DNA of 10,388 bases from an uncultured Candidatus Saccharibacteria bacterium (GCA_964432405.1 CAYSNH010000003.1:35330-45717); one strand, 5' to 3'; shown: positions 1 through 5,900, counted from the first letter of the stretch. Notes: generated from the letters alone by a model not told the origin. Numbers and translations: made by a program.

Positions 1-2
1 GG

Positions 3-1400
3 GCTAACGCAGTTCAATTAAGGTTTGACGATGAGAACAATAGTCCCATAAGAGCACAATTTGAAGCATGGAATTACTCTTTCAAGGATGGAGATGGAGA
101 AAGTAGGTTGTTTATTAACAAGGATGGTAATGTTGGTATCGGTAAAACTAATCCAGAGACCAAGCTCGATGTAGAGGGCGCAGTTACAGCAACTAAATTT
201 ATAGCTGATGGTGAAGAGTTAGGAGGAGGCGTTTGGACAAGGGAGGAAGAAGCTCATGTTCTTCGTTCGGGCGATGAAGACAATATAAAGATGTCTATTG
301 GTGATAATGGAAACGTTTCTATTGGCAAGTGGGGTAATGTTAATCCATTAATTATATCTCATCAGATTTCAGGAGGAAGTATTGATAATATTGATAAATT
401 ACATTTAAAGATACTTAATAACAGTTCAGCTAGAATCAATAGAAAGGCTGGTATAGTTTTTCAACAGAGAACTAGCCAAGCATCACCAAGGGTAACTATT
501 AATTCCGCTATTTATACAGAAAAAATTGACGCTGATACTGTAAGGATGAATCTTGATGTTCACGATCAAACAGCTTTGACGATAGATAATACAGGAAAAG
601 TTGGTATCGGAACAAAGACTCCACAGTTTAAGCTGGATGTTGATGGAGATATTAATACATCTGGCAGATATCTAGTTGATGGTGAAGATATAGCTATAGG
701 AGGTAGATTTGGTAATGGTGATGTAGATGGTAGCGGATATTTTAACCAACTTGATATCTTACGAATCATTAATCATATAAATGGTATTTTGCTCACAGGA
801 GAAGAGTTTCTTAGAGCGGATCTTAATGGCGATGGTTTAGTAGATTGTATTGACGCCAAGATTCTTTATGAAGTTGTAGGTTTTCGAGGAACGGGAGCGC
901 TTGTATCAAAATCAGAGGTAATAGCAGCCTTACCGGCCGCTGTTAATCAGTGTGTAGGTTTTTGGGAAGAGAACGATGATCAAGATACTGTTTTAAGAAA
1001 AGCTTCGAGGCGCGTAGGTATTGGAACAAAGACTCCTGATTACAAATTAGATGTTGATGGAGATATTAATACATCCGGCAGATATCTAGTTAATGGTGAA
1101 GAAGCTGGTTTGAAAAATATAATTTTGGTAGAAAAGTCTGTGTGTAAGATTAGGCATAAGTCTCGTACCAATAACTCTCCAGGGTTGACGTTAGTAGCAA
1201 CTTGCCCCTCTTCTCATCCAAACCTATTAAATTGTACGGGTACTCCTGGAACTGGAGGTACAATTCATTTGTATGGTTGGGATATAATCCCAGATTATAG
1301 CAATAACAAGTGTACGCTCGTTGTTCAATATCCATTTTGTGAAAGTCAGTGGAGTCAAAAAACTGCTCGATCTAGAGTAAGAGCGGCCTGCTTTAAATAA
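3..1400 (+). CDS. 5'-truncated exported fibre/adhesin-like repeat protein with three VGIG-x3-P-x2-KLDV-x-G modules, an internal dockerin-like double Ca-binding segment and a 6-Cys C-terminal domain
   Basis: Frame 3 is open from nt 3 to TAA 1398-1400. No stop lies upstream of the ORF-track TTG at 108; the upstream translation reads ANAVQLRFDDENNSPIRAQFEAWNYSFKDGDGESR. The gene therefore probably enters from beyond the left edge. The modules sit at aa 9-37, 165-193 and 303-331 (ORF-track numbering). GDVDGSGYFNQLDILRIINHI...ADLNGDGLVDCIDAKILYEVV (nt 714-878) matches the duplicated dockerin type I pattern. Six Cys lie in the last 85 aa (nt 1143-1397). The product call rests on motif recognition only. 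Confidence 0.75.
   Translation, partial: ANAVQLRFDDENNSPIRAQFEAWNYSFKDGDGESRLFINKDGNVGIGKTNPETKLDVEGAVTATKFIADGEELGGGVWTREEEAHVLRSGDEDNIKMSIGDNGNVSIGKWGNVNPLIISHQISGGSIDNIDKLHLKILNNSSARINRKAGIVFQQRTSQASPRVTINSAIYTEKIDADTVRMNLDVHDQTALTIDNTGKVGIGTKTPQFKLDVDGDINTSGRYLVDGEDIAIGGRFGNGDVDGSGYFNQLDILRIINHINGILLTGEEFLRADLNGDGLVDCIDAKILYEVVGFRGTGALVSKSEVIAALPAAVNQCVGFWEENDDQDTVLRKASRRVGIGTKTPDYKLDVDGDINTSGRYLVNGEEAGLKNIILVEKSVCKIRHKSRTNNSPGLTLVATCPSSHPNLLNCTGTPGTGGTIHLYGWDIIPDYSNNKCTLVVQYPFCESQWSQKTARSRVRAACFK
600..688 (+). repeat. Intragenic direct repeat copy 1 (encodes VGIGTKTPQFKLDVDGDINTSGRYLVDGE)
   Basis: Hand alignment with 1014-1102 gives 77/89 identical nt. A 42-nt core (gatgttgatggagatattaatacatc[t/c]ggcagatatctagtt) carries a single mismatch. 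A more diverged third copy lies at 132-218. Confidence 0.9.
1014..1102 (+). repeat. Intragenic direct repeat copy 2 (encodes VGIGTKTPDYKLDVDGDINTSGRYLVNGE)
   Basis: Partner of 600-688, offset by 414 nt and in the same reading frame. Confidence 0.9.
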
Positions 1401-1448
1401 TTTTTTCTATATTAGAAGATTAATTTTGAAAAGCAATATCAATCTTGC

Positions 1449-1477
1449 TTGATGACGAGTTAAGAACAATTTATAAT
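1449..1477 (+). promoter_or_regulatory. Putative sigma70-type promoter for the 1488 gene
   Basis: TTGATG (1449-1454), a 17-nt spacer, then a perfect TATAAT (1472-1477). The ATG at 1488 is only 10 nt beyond the -10 and no SD precedes it. Confidence 0.45.
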
Positions 1478-1487
1478 ATATTAATAC

Positions 1488-3854
1488 ATGTCTACCAAGA
1501 CCTTGTCCGAATTTAATATTTGGGAAAGAATAGCTCGATGGTTAGTTGGCGCAGCCTTCTTTTTAACTCCTTTATTTTTTCTTCCTCTGACTCATCTCCC
1601 CGTTTCTCTTGATAAGCAGGTGTTATTAGGAAGTTTGGTGCTGCTAGCTCTTATATCCTGGCTCATAGGAGGAGTTGCCAAAGGAAGATTGGTTTATAGA
1701 AAGAACACAATGAACCTCGTTGTTCTATCATTAGTAGCTTTTTCCATTATTAGTGCTATTTTTTCTGGAGCAAGCAATGTAGGTTTTTTTGGTGCTAATG
1801 GCGGAGAGGTGGATGTTTTTGTTAATGTATTGGTTTTTGGAGCTTTCTTCTTCCTACTCACTACTTTATTTCGCAGAGAAGGAGATGGGCGCTATCTATT
1901 AAGCTTATTATTCGTCTCTTCTTTAATAATATTAGTTTACAGTCTCTTTCAGTTTTTTGGCGTCTGGTTATTGCCATGGGACTTTACTCATAGCGTTGTT
2001 TTCAATTCAATTGGCACCACCAATTCTTTAAGTATTTATTTGGGAGCGATTTTTGTTATTTTATTGACCTTATTGTATCTAGATAAGGATCAGTTTAGTA
2101 AGAAGGCGGGTGTTGTGCTGTCTTTCTTTGCCGCGACCCTCTTCATTACCACCTTCCTTATCGGATACTGGGCGGTTTTTGCCGGCTTCATCTTAGTTGG
2201 CATCATTTTATCTATTCTTAGGCTTCGCAAGAAAATTAAGAACGATAAGCACATTCTTTTAATTATTATCGCCATCTCTGCCGTTCTAGTACTATCTAAA
2301 TTAAATTTATTCAATCTTCCTTTGCCAACCTTCAATCTTCTTCCTGAAGCTATGCCTAGCTTAGAGGCCAGCTGGGATATTGGGCAGCAGGTAATGAGAG
2401 AGGATACTAAAAATGCTATTTTAGGAGTTGGTCCATCCACCTATCCTTATCAGTACGCTCTTTATCGAGATCCCATTTTAAACACCACCCCTTTCTGGGG
2501 CACCCGCTTTACTCAAGGAGCCAACGTCTTTCTAACCTTTATGGTTAATTGGGGAGCATTAGGCATGATTCTCTTTGCCGCCTTCCTTTTAATGCTAATT
2601 CTTCAAGGCTTTAAGATGATGAAGGGTCTTGATAAAAAACAGGAGGCTATTTTCTGGGCTGTTCTTATCGCCTTCCTTTATCTCGTATTATCTGCCTTCT
2701 TATATCACCAGAACTATTCTATCTTCTTCCTTATCTTTGTCTTAGCCGCCTTATTAAGCATCATTACCGCTAGAAATAAGGACTACGAAACCTTTTCTTT
2801 GGTTGAGGCACCTCAAAAGACTCTTTTGTTGTCACTTGGCTTAATGATTGCGGTAGTTTTTGTTGCTAGCGTCCTATATCTTCTTGGTCAGCATTATGTA
2901 GCCGCCGCTTATTTCAAAACAGGAAGAGATCAGGTTGAGAAGTTAGGAGTTGATAAGGGCTTGCCTTTGATTCAGATAGCTAGTGACCTTGATTCTCGCA
3001 ATGAGGTCTATTTGCGTACAATCTCCACCGCCTACCTTATTAAAATAAACAACTTGCTCAAACAAAAATTATCACCAGCAGAGTTGCAAAAGAGATTTTC
3101 TACCGACATCAGTTCCGCTATTGCATCTGCTAAGAGAGCTACCGAGGTCAATCGACTTAATGGTGATAACTGGATTAATTTAGGTAGTGTCTATGAAAAT
3201 ATCATTCCTTTGGTACCGGGTTCAGAAATTCATGCTCTTGAAGCATATAACAAGGCTGCTAAGTTAGAGCCATCTAATCCAGTCATTCACTTCAATATAG
3301 GTAGAGCCAATCACTTGTTTGCCAGACGTCTTCGATCTGAAGGAAAGGGTAGGGGTGTAGTTAATAAGAATTATGGTAAGGCCATTAATAGCTTAGAGAA
3401 AGCTATTAAGCTCAAAAACGACTATGCACCAGCTCACTTCTTACTAGTTCAAATCTATGATCAGCAAGGAAAAATCAAAACAGCTATCAATAAAGCCGAA
3501 AGAATTAAGCAGATAGCTTCTGATAATGTAGGGGTCCTTTTCCAATTAGCCCTCCTTCATTATGAGTCCGGTCGCTTTACCTCAGCTCGTAAGGATTTTG
3601 AAGCGGTCATTAAGCTCTCTCCTAGCTATTCTAACGCCCGTTACTTCCTTGGTTTGATATACGATCGTCAAAAAGACCCTCAGAAGGCCCTAGAGCAATT
3701 TGAGGCGATTCAGAAGACCAATCCTAACAATGAGGAGATTAAAAAAATCATTCTCAACCTCAAGACTGGCAAAAAAGCATTGAGTGGTATTGTTGAAGAT
3801 CCTCTTGAAATTCCTGTTGAACAGAATGGTGATGGAGAAGTAATCTCTCCATAA
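1488..3854 (+). CDS. Polytopic membrane protein of the O-antigen ligase/polymerase-like (Wzy_C-type) family fused to a C-terminal TPR repeat domain
   Basis: The ORF is 788 aa. The N-terminal ~480 aa hold about 10-12 hydrophobic helices, with a large loop carrying ILGVGPSTYPYQY, which resembles the GxGxG..F/Y motif of Wzy_C proteins. The C-terminal ~230 aa contain TPR-like 34-aa units (e.g. AYNKAAKLEPSNP, AIKLKNDYAPAHFLLVQIYDQQG, AVIKLSPSYSNARYFLGLIYDRQKDPQKALEQFEAIQKTNPNN). The family call is from memory of the motif and was not searched. Confidence 0.8.
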   Translation: MSTKTLSEFNIWERIARWLVGAAFFLTPLFFLPLTHLPVSLDKQVLLGSLVLLALISWLIGGVAKGRLVYRKNTMNLVVLSLVAFSIISAIFSGASNVGFFGANGGEVDVFVNVLVFGAFFFLLTTLFRREGDGRYLLSLLFVSSLIILVYSLFQFFGVWLLPWDFTHSVVFNSIGTTNSLSIYLGAIFVILLTLLYLDKDQFSKKAGVVLSFFAATLFITTFLIGYWAVFAGFILVGIILSILRLRKKIKNDKHILLIIIAISAVLVLSKLNLFNLPLPTFNLLPEAMPSLEASWDIGQQVMREDTKNAILGVGPSTYPYQYALYRDPILNTTPFWGTRFTQGANVFLTFMVNWGALGMILFAAFLLMLILQGFKMMKGLDKKQEAIFWAVLIAFLYLVLSAFLYHQNYSIFFLIFVLAALLSIITARNKDYETFSLVEAPQKTLLLSLGLMIAVVFVASVLYLLGQHYVAAAYFKTGRDQVEKLGVDKGLPLIQIASDLDSRNEVYLRTISTAYLIKINNLLKQKLSPAELQKRFSTDISSAIASAKRATEVNRLNGDNWINLGSVYENIIPLVPGSEIHALEAYNKAAKLEPSNPVIHFNIGRANHLFARRLRSEGKGRGVVNKNYGKAINSLEKAIKLKNDYAPAHFLLVQIYDQQGKIKTAINKAERIKQIASDNVGVLFQLALLHYESGRFTSARKDFEAVIKLSPSYSNARYFLGLIYDRQKDPQKALEQFEAIQKTNPNNEEIKKIILNLKTGKKALSGIVEDPLEIPVEQNGDGEVISP

Positions 3855-3860
3855 AATAGC

Positions 3861-3883
3861 TAACAGTTCGTTTCGGATTGTTA
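3861..3883 (+). terminator. Hairpin after the 1488-3854 gene (weak terminator candidate, no U-tract)
   Basis: taacagttcg-ttt-cggattgtta forms a 10-bp stem including 2 G-U pairs and a 3-nt loop, 7 nt after the stop. It is followed by tccacat, not a T-run. Confidence 0.3.
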
Positions 3884-3962
3884 TCCACATAAGTTACTAA
3901 ATAACGTGTGTTAATATTTATATTGTAAACAGTCGAAAAACAAAATTTTTTGTTAAACGCCT

Positions 3963-4649
3963 ATGACCGCTCAACAATGGTTAGATGTAGTGAATCAGTC
4001 ACTTCAAAATTTGTGGCTGCAAGCACTTGGCATTCTGCCGGATTTAATTGGAGCTATTATCATTTTAATAATAGGTCTGATTGTAGCTGCTGGTCTTGAT
4101 AAGATAATGGAAGGATTAGTTCGTTATCTAAAGATCGATAGTTTGTTGAGAAAGTTAGGAGTAGAAACTTATTTGCACCGAGCTAATCTTGAGCTCAATA
4201 CTGGCAACTTTCTAGGGAAGGTAGTCTATTGGTTCATGATTATCGTCTTTGTGCTTGCTGCTGCTGACGTTCTTGGCTTTACCGCTCTATCAGTCTTCTT
4301 GGGTACGGTATTACTATACATCCCACAAGTGATAGTTGCTTTCTTGATTGCCTTGGCAACAGTTGTCATCGCTGGATTCTTGAAAAAACTAGTCGCTGCT
4401 TCTGTCTTATCAACTCGATTACACGCAGCTAAATTTTTAGGAAGCTTGACCTGGTGGTCAATCATGATTTTCGGTTTACTGGCTGCTGTATCGCAGTTAG
4501 GCGTTGCGACTGACATAATCAATACCGTTGTCACTGGTATTGTTATAATGTTCGCCTTAGCTGGAGGCTTAGCCTTCGGACTAGGTGGAAAAAGTGAGGC
4601 TGCTCGAATCCTCAAGGATATGAGGTCTGAGTGGGAAAGTCGCAGCTAG
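3963..4649 (+). CDS. Small integral membrane protein, conserved-TM-helix-repeat type (related to the N-terminal helices of MscS-like channels)
   Basis: The ORF is 228 aa with 4-5 hydrophobic helices. A helix pattern recurs (LPDLIGAIIILIIGLIVA..., IPQVIVAFLIALATVVIAGFL..., IINTVVTGIVIMFALAGGLAFGLGG). A terminator follows the gene. Assignment to the TM_helix repeat family is from memory. Confidence 0.75.
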   Translation: MTAQQWLDVVNQSLQNLWLQALGILPDLIGAIIILIIGLIVAAGLDKIMEGLVRYLKIDSLLRKLGVETYLHRANLELNTGNFLGKVVYWFMIIVFVLAAADVLGFTALSVFLGTVLLYIPQVIVAFLIALATVVIAGFLKKLVAASVLSTRLHAAKFLGSLTWWSIMIFGLLAAVSQLGVATDIINTVVTGIVIMFALAGGLAFGLGGKSEAARILKDMRSEWESRS

Positions 4650-4674
4650 CTGTAACACAACAACCAAAGAAATC

Positions 4675-4697
4675 TCCCCGTTATAGCGGGGATTTTT
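4675..4697 (+). terminator. Rho-independent terminator of the 3963-4649 gene
   Basis: tccccg-ttatag-cgggga forms a 6-bp GC-rich stem with a 6-nt loop, followed by ttttt (4693-4697). Confidence 0.7.
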
Positions 4698-4793
4698 CAT
4701 TGACAAACATATTAAGGCGTGTCATATTGCCCCACAGTACAGATACAAATCAACCTCAATGGTTTTTTAAAAGAAAGTCTTGTAATGAGCAGT
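4694..4793 (+). repeat. Copy A of a 100-nt promoter + 5' leader + start-codon module
   Basis: It aligns base for base with 10289-10388 at a constant offset of 5595 nt. There are 6 mismatches in 100 nt, at 4708, 4716, 4751, 4784, 4790 and 4793. Confidence 0.95.
4700..4728 (+). promoter_or_regulatory. Putative sigma70 promoter with extended -10 for the pentapeptide-repeat gene
   Basis: TTGACA (4700-4705), a 17-nt spacer, then TGT-CATATT (TG at 4720-4721, -10 at 4723-4728). The same architecture is duplicated at 10295-10323. Confidence 0.6.
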
Positions 4794-5336
4794 GAAGAAG
4801 CTGCAGCGACCCCTACAAAAGAAGAGCTCATTGCTCTTCTCAGTAACGGGAAGATTGAAGAGTTCAATAGAGTGAGGCCTGAGGGAAAAATCGACCTTCG
4901 TGGGGCATTCCTTCGTTTGGTGGATCTTCGTGGGGCTAACCTTATTGGGGCAGACTTATGGGAGGCGGACTTCGTTGGAACGGACCTTCGTCGGGTGGAC
5001 CTCACCGAGGTGAGCCTTCAGGGGGTTAACCTTATTGGGGCGGACCTTCGTGAGGCAATTCTTCGTGGAGCTAACCTTATTGGGGCGAACCTTGAGGAGA
5101 CAGATCTTCGTGAGGTTAGCCTTATTGGGGCAGACTTATGGAAGGCGGACCTTCATGAGGCGAAAATTAGTGCAGAAAAAGGTATTTCCGAAGAACATCG
5201 TTCTCTAATCCTACAAAGCTATCAAAAAAGTTGGGAAAAAGTACCAAACGATCATCTACCACCCAGCCATTTGGCTGGGGTTTTTTATTCTCCTCACCCT
5301 TTTTATTTAGGAGATAGTATATACTATTTTAGTTGA
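4785..5336 (+). CDS. Pentapeptide-repeat protein (18 consecutive A(D/N)LXX-type repeats, about 4.5 beta-helix coils)
   Basis: Nt 4893-5162 form eighteen in-frame 15-nt units: DLRGA FLRLV DLRGA NLIGA DLWEA DFVGT DLRRV DLTEV SLQGV NLIGA DLREA ILRGA NLIGA NLEET DLREV SLIGA DLWKA DLHEA. I prefer the ATG at 4785 (MSSEEAAATP...) to the ORF-track GTG at 4719. The GTG lies inside the predicted promoter, and the duplicated module at the window end also reads ATG-Ser-Ser at the homologous position. Confidence 0.85.
   Translation: MSSEEAAATPTKEELIALLSNGKIEEFNRVRPEGKIDLRGAFLRLVDLRGANLIGADLWEADFVGTDLRRVDLTEVSLQGVNLIGADLREAILRGANLIGANLEETDLREVSLIGADLWKADLHEAKISAEKGISEEHRSLILQSYQKSWEKVPNDHLPPSHLAGVFYSPHPFYLGDSIYYFS
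5262..5287 (+). terminator. Intrinsic-terminator-like hairpin lying inside the 3' end of the pentapeptide-repeat ORF
   Basis: cccagcc-attt-ggctggg forms a perfect 7-bp stem with a 4-nt loop, followed by g-tttttta. The ORF stop (TGA 5334-5336) is 47 nt further downstream. Confidence 0.5.
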
Positions 5337-5361
5337 CATAATGAGAATATTATGTTTAATT
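5333..5361 (+). promoter_or_regulatory. Putative promoter for the small ORF
   Basis: TTGACA (5333-5338, overlapping the upstream TGA stop), a 17-nt spacer, then TGT-TTAATT (-10 at 5356-5361). The TTGACA-N17-extended -10 layout matches the 4700 promoter. Confidence 0.45.
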
Positions 5362-5405
5362 TTATTAATTCACGCAGTTCTTTCTTAAACAAAAAGGAGG
5401 CGATT

Positions 5406-5612
5406 ATGACTGAGGAAAAGTTTCAGGAATTGGTTGCCGGAGCTAGCCTGACCGCTCATGAGACAGCGGTTTTGCGCAAATCATTGGGAATGTCATATAA
5501 TTCCGATGATATTCCCAGTTGCCTGGACGTCGAGGTTTATGAACAGAAGACCCTGATGGATATCTGGGCGACAAAGATTCCCGATAAAAAAACTTCCCAG
5601 GAAGCTTCTTGA
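5406..5612 (+). CDS. Small hypothetical protein (68 aa), function unknown
   Basis: The ATG at 5406 follows AAGGAGG/AGGAGG (5394-5400) at 5-nt spacing, the only canonical SD seen in the window. The ORF-track start at 5352 would lie upstream of the predicted transcription start. A strong terminator follows the stop. Confidence 0.65.
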   Translation: MTEEKFQELVAGASLTAHETAVLRKSLGMSYNSDDIPSCLDVEVYEQKTLMDIWATKIPDKKTSQEAS

Positions 5613-5622
5613 TCTGGCGTTT

Positions 5623-5650
5623 AGCCCCCAACAACATTGGGGGCTTTTTC
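5623..5650 (+). terminator. Rho-independent terminator of the small ORF
   Basis: agccccca-acaacat-tgggggct forms a perfect 8-bp stem with a 7-nt loop, followed by ttttcttcc. Confidence 0.75.
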
Positions 5651-5665
5651 TTCCCCAGCTTTCTC

Positions 5666-5694
5666 TTGACACCTCTTCCTAATTTCTATACATT
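5666..5694 (+). promoter_or_regulatory. Putative rRNA operon promoter
   Basis: TTGACA (5666-5671), a 17-nt spacer, then TACATT (5689-5694). It sits directly after the preceding terminator and about 215 nt upstream of the 23S 5' end. Confidence 0.5.
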
Positions 5695-5749
5695 TAAAGA
5701 AGATAGAAATGATAAACCAGCTAAGACATAGATGCGGCTTGCCTTTGGT

Positions 5750-5776
5750 CGCTTTTAACTCTCATTAGAGAGAGTT
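5750..5776 (+). promoter_or_regulatory. boxA-like motif plus adjacent hairpin in the rRNA leader (tentative antitermination element)
   Basis: cgcttttaac (5750-5759) resembles the E. coli rrn boxA core GCTCTTTAAC with one base missing. It overlaps the hairpin aactctc-attaga-gagagtt (5757-5776). Confidence 0.25.
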
Positions 5777-5793
5777 GATTGCTGTCACAGACG

Positions 5794-5814
5794 CCGCGGT
5801 CCACGCGGTTTTTT
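5794..5814 (+). terminator. Terminator-like hairpin + T6 inside the rRNA leader
   Basis: ccgcg-gtcca-cgcgg forms a 5-bp all-GC stem followed by tttttt (5809-5814). It lies between the putative promoter and the 23S processing stem. Confidence 0.4.
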
Positions 5815-5873
5815 CTTCCTGAAATTCCTGGCCCTTGATATTTTAATAATTAACTAAAGATCTATTTAAATGG

Positions 5874-5900
5874 TCAACATTTAAATGATCGATTTAGTGA
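5874..5900 (+). other. 5' arm of the 23S rRNA processing (RNase III-type) stem
   Basis: tcaacatttaaatgatcgatttagtga pairs over all 27 positions with 8923-8949 (25 Watson-Crick + 2 G-U pairs, checked base by base). Confidence 0.8.

Noticed and set aside
566-769. 67-aa ORF on the minus strand
   Set aside because: It is entirely antisense to the well-supported repeat-protein CDS. The composition is low-complexity Pro/Ser-rich, typical of a shadow frame, and there is no start context or terminator.
1150-1335. 61-aa ORF on the minus strand
   Set aside because: Antisense shadow ORF inside the Cys-rich C-terminal domain of the + strand gene, with no independent support.
2090-2440. 116-aa ORF on the minus strand
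   Set aside because: It is antisense to the membrane domain of the 788-aa gene. The basic, low-complexity translation is typical of the reverse frame of a hydrophobic CDS.
3690-3890. 66-aa ORF on the minus strand
   Set aside because: It overlaps the TPR-coding 3' end of the + strand gene and its stop region, with no signals of its own.
3925-3962. Promoter for the 3963 gene (ttgtaa..., tgttaaac, AT-rich palindrome aacaaaattttttgtt)
   Set aside because: Several weak -35/-10 combinations are possible in this AT-rich spacer, but none has convincing spacing. I could not support a specific call.
4226-4615. 129-aa ORF on the minus strand
   Set aside because: It is antisense to the TM-helix-repeat gene. 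The Ala/Lys/Thr-rich translation is the mirror of a hydrophobic Ala/Leu/Gly-rich frame.
4719-4784. ORF-track GTG start extending the pentapeptide protein by 22 aa (MSYCPTVQIQINLNGFLKESLV)
   Set aside because: The GTG lies between the extended -10 TG and the -10 hexamer of the duplicated promoter, so it is probably not transcribed. The duplicated module supports the ATG at 4785. The possibility cannot be excluded without 5'-end data.
4712-5005. 97-aa Arg/Ser/Pro-rich ORF on the minus strand
   Set aside because: It is the reverse frame of the pentapeptide-repeat array (the periodic RRS/PRRS pattern simply mirrors the 15-nt repeats). It also spans the + strand promoter.
4893-5162. Regular 15-nt periodic repeats, considered as a CRISPR-like or tandem non-coding array
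   Set aside because: The period is far too short and there are no spacer-like unique segments. The repeats are in frame and encode canonical pentapeptide repeats.
5341-5388. 15-codon hydrophobic mini-ORF (MRILCLILLIHAVLS) upstream of the small ORF, considered as a leader peptide
   Set aside because: There is no SD and it overlaps the predicted -10 and transcription start region. Such short ORFs are expected by chance in AT-rich sequence.
5352-5405. ORF-track ATG start extending the small protein by 18 aa
   Set aside because: It lies within or upstream of the predicted promoter -10 and has no SD, whereas the ATG at 5406 has AGGAGG at ideal spacing.
5443-5637. 64-aa ORF on the minus strand
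   Set aside because: It is antisense to the small ORF and runs through its terminator hairpin, with no independent signals.
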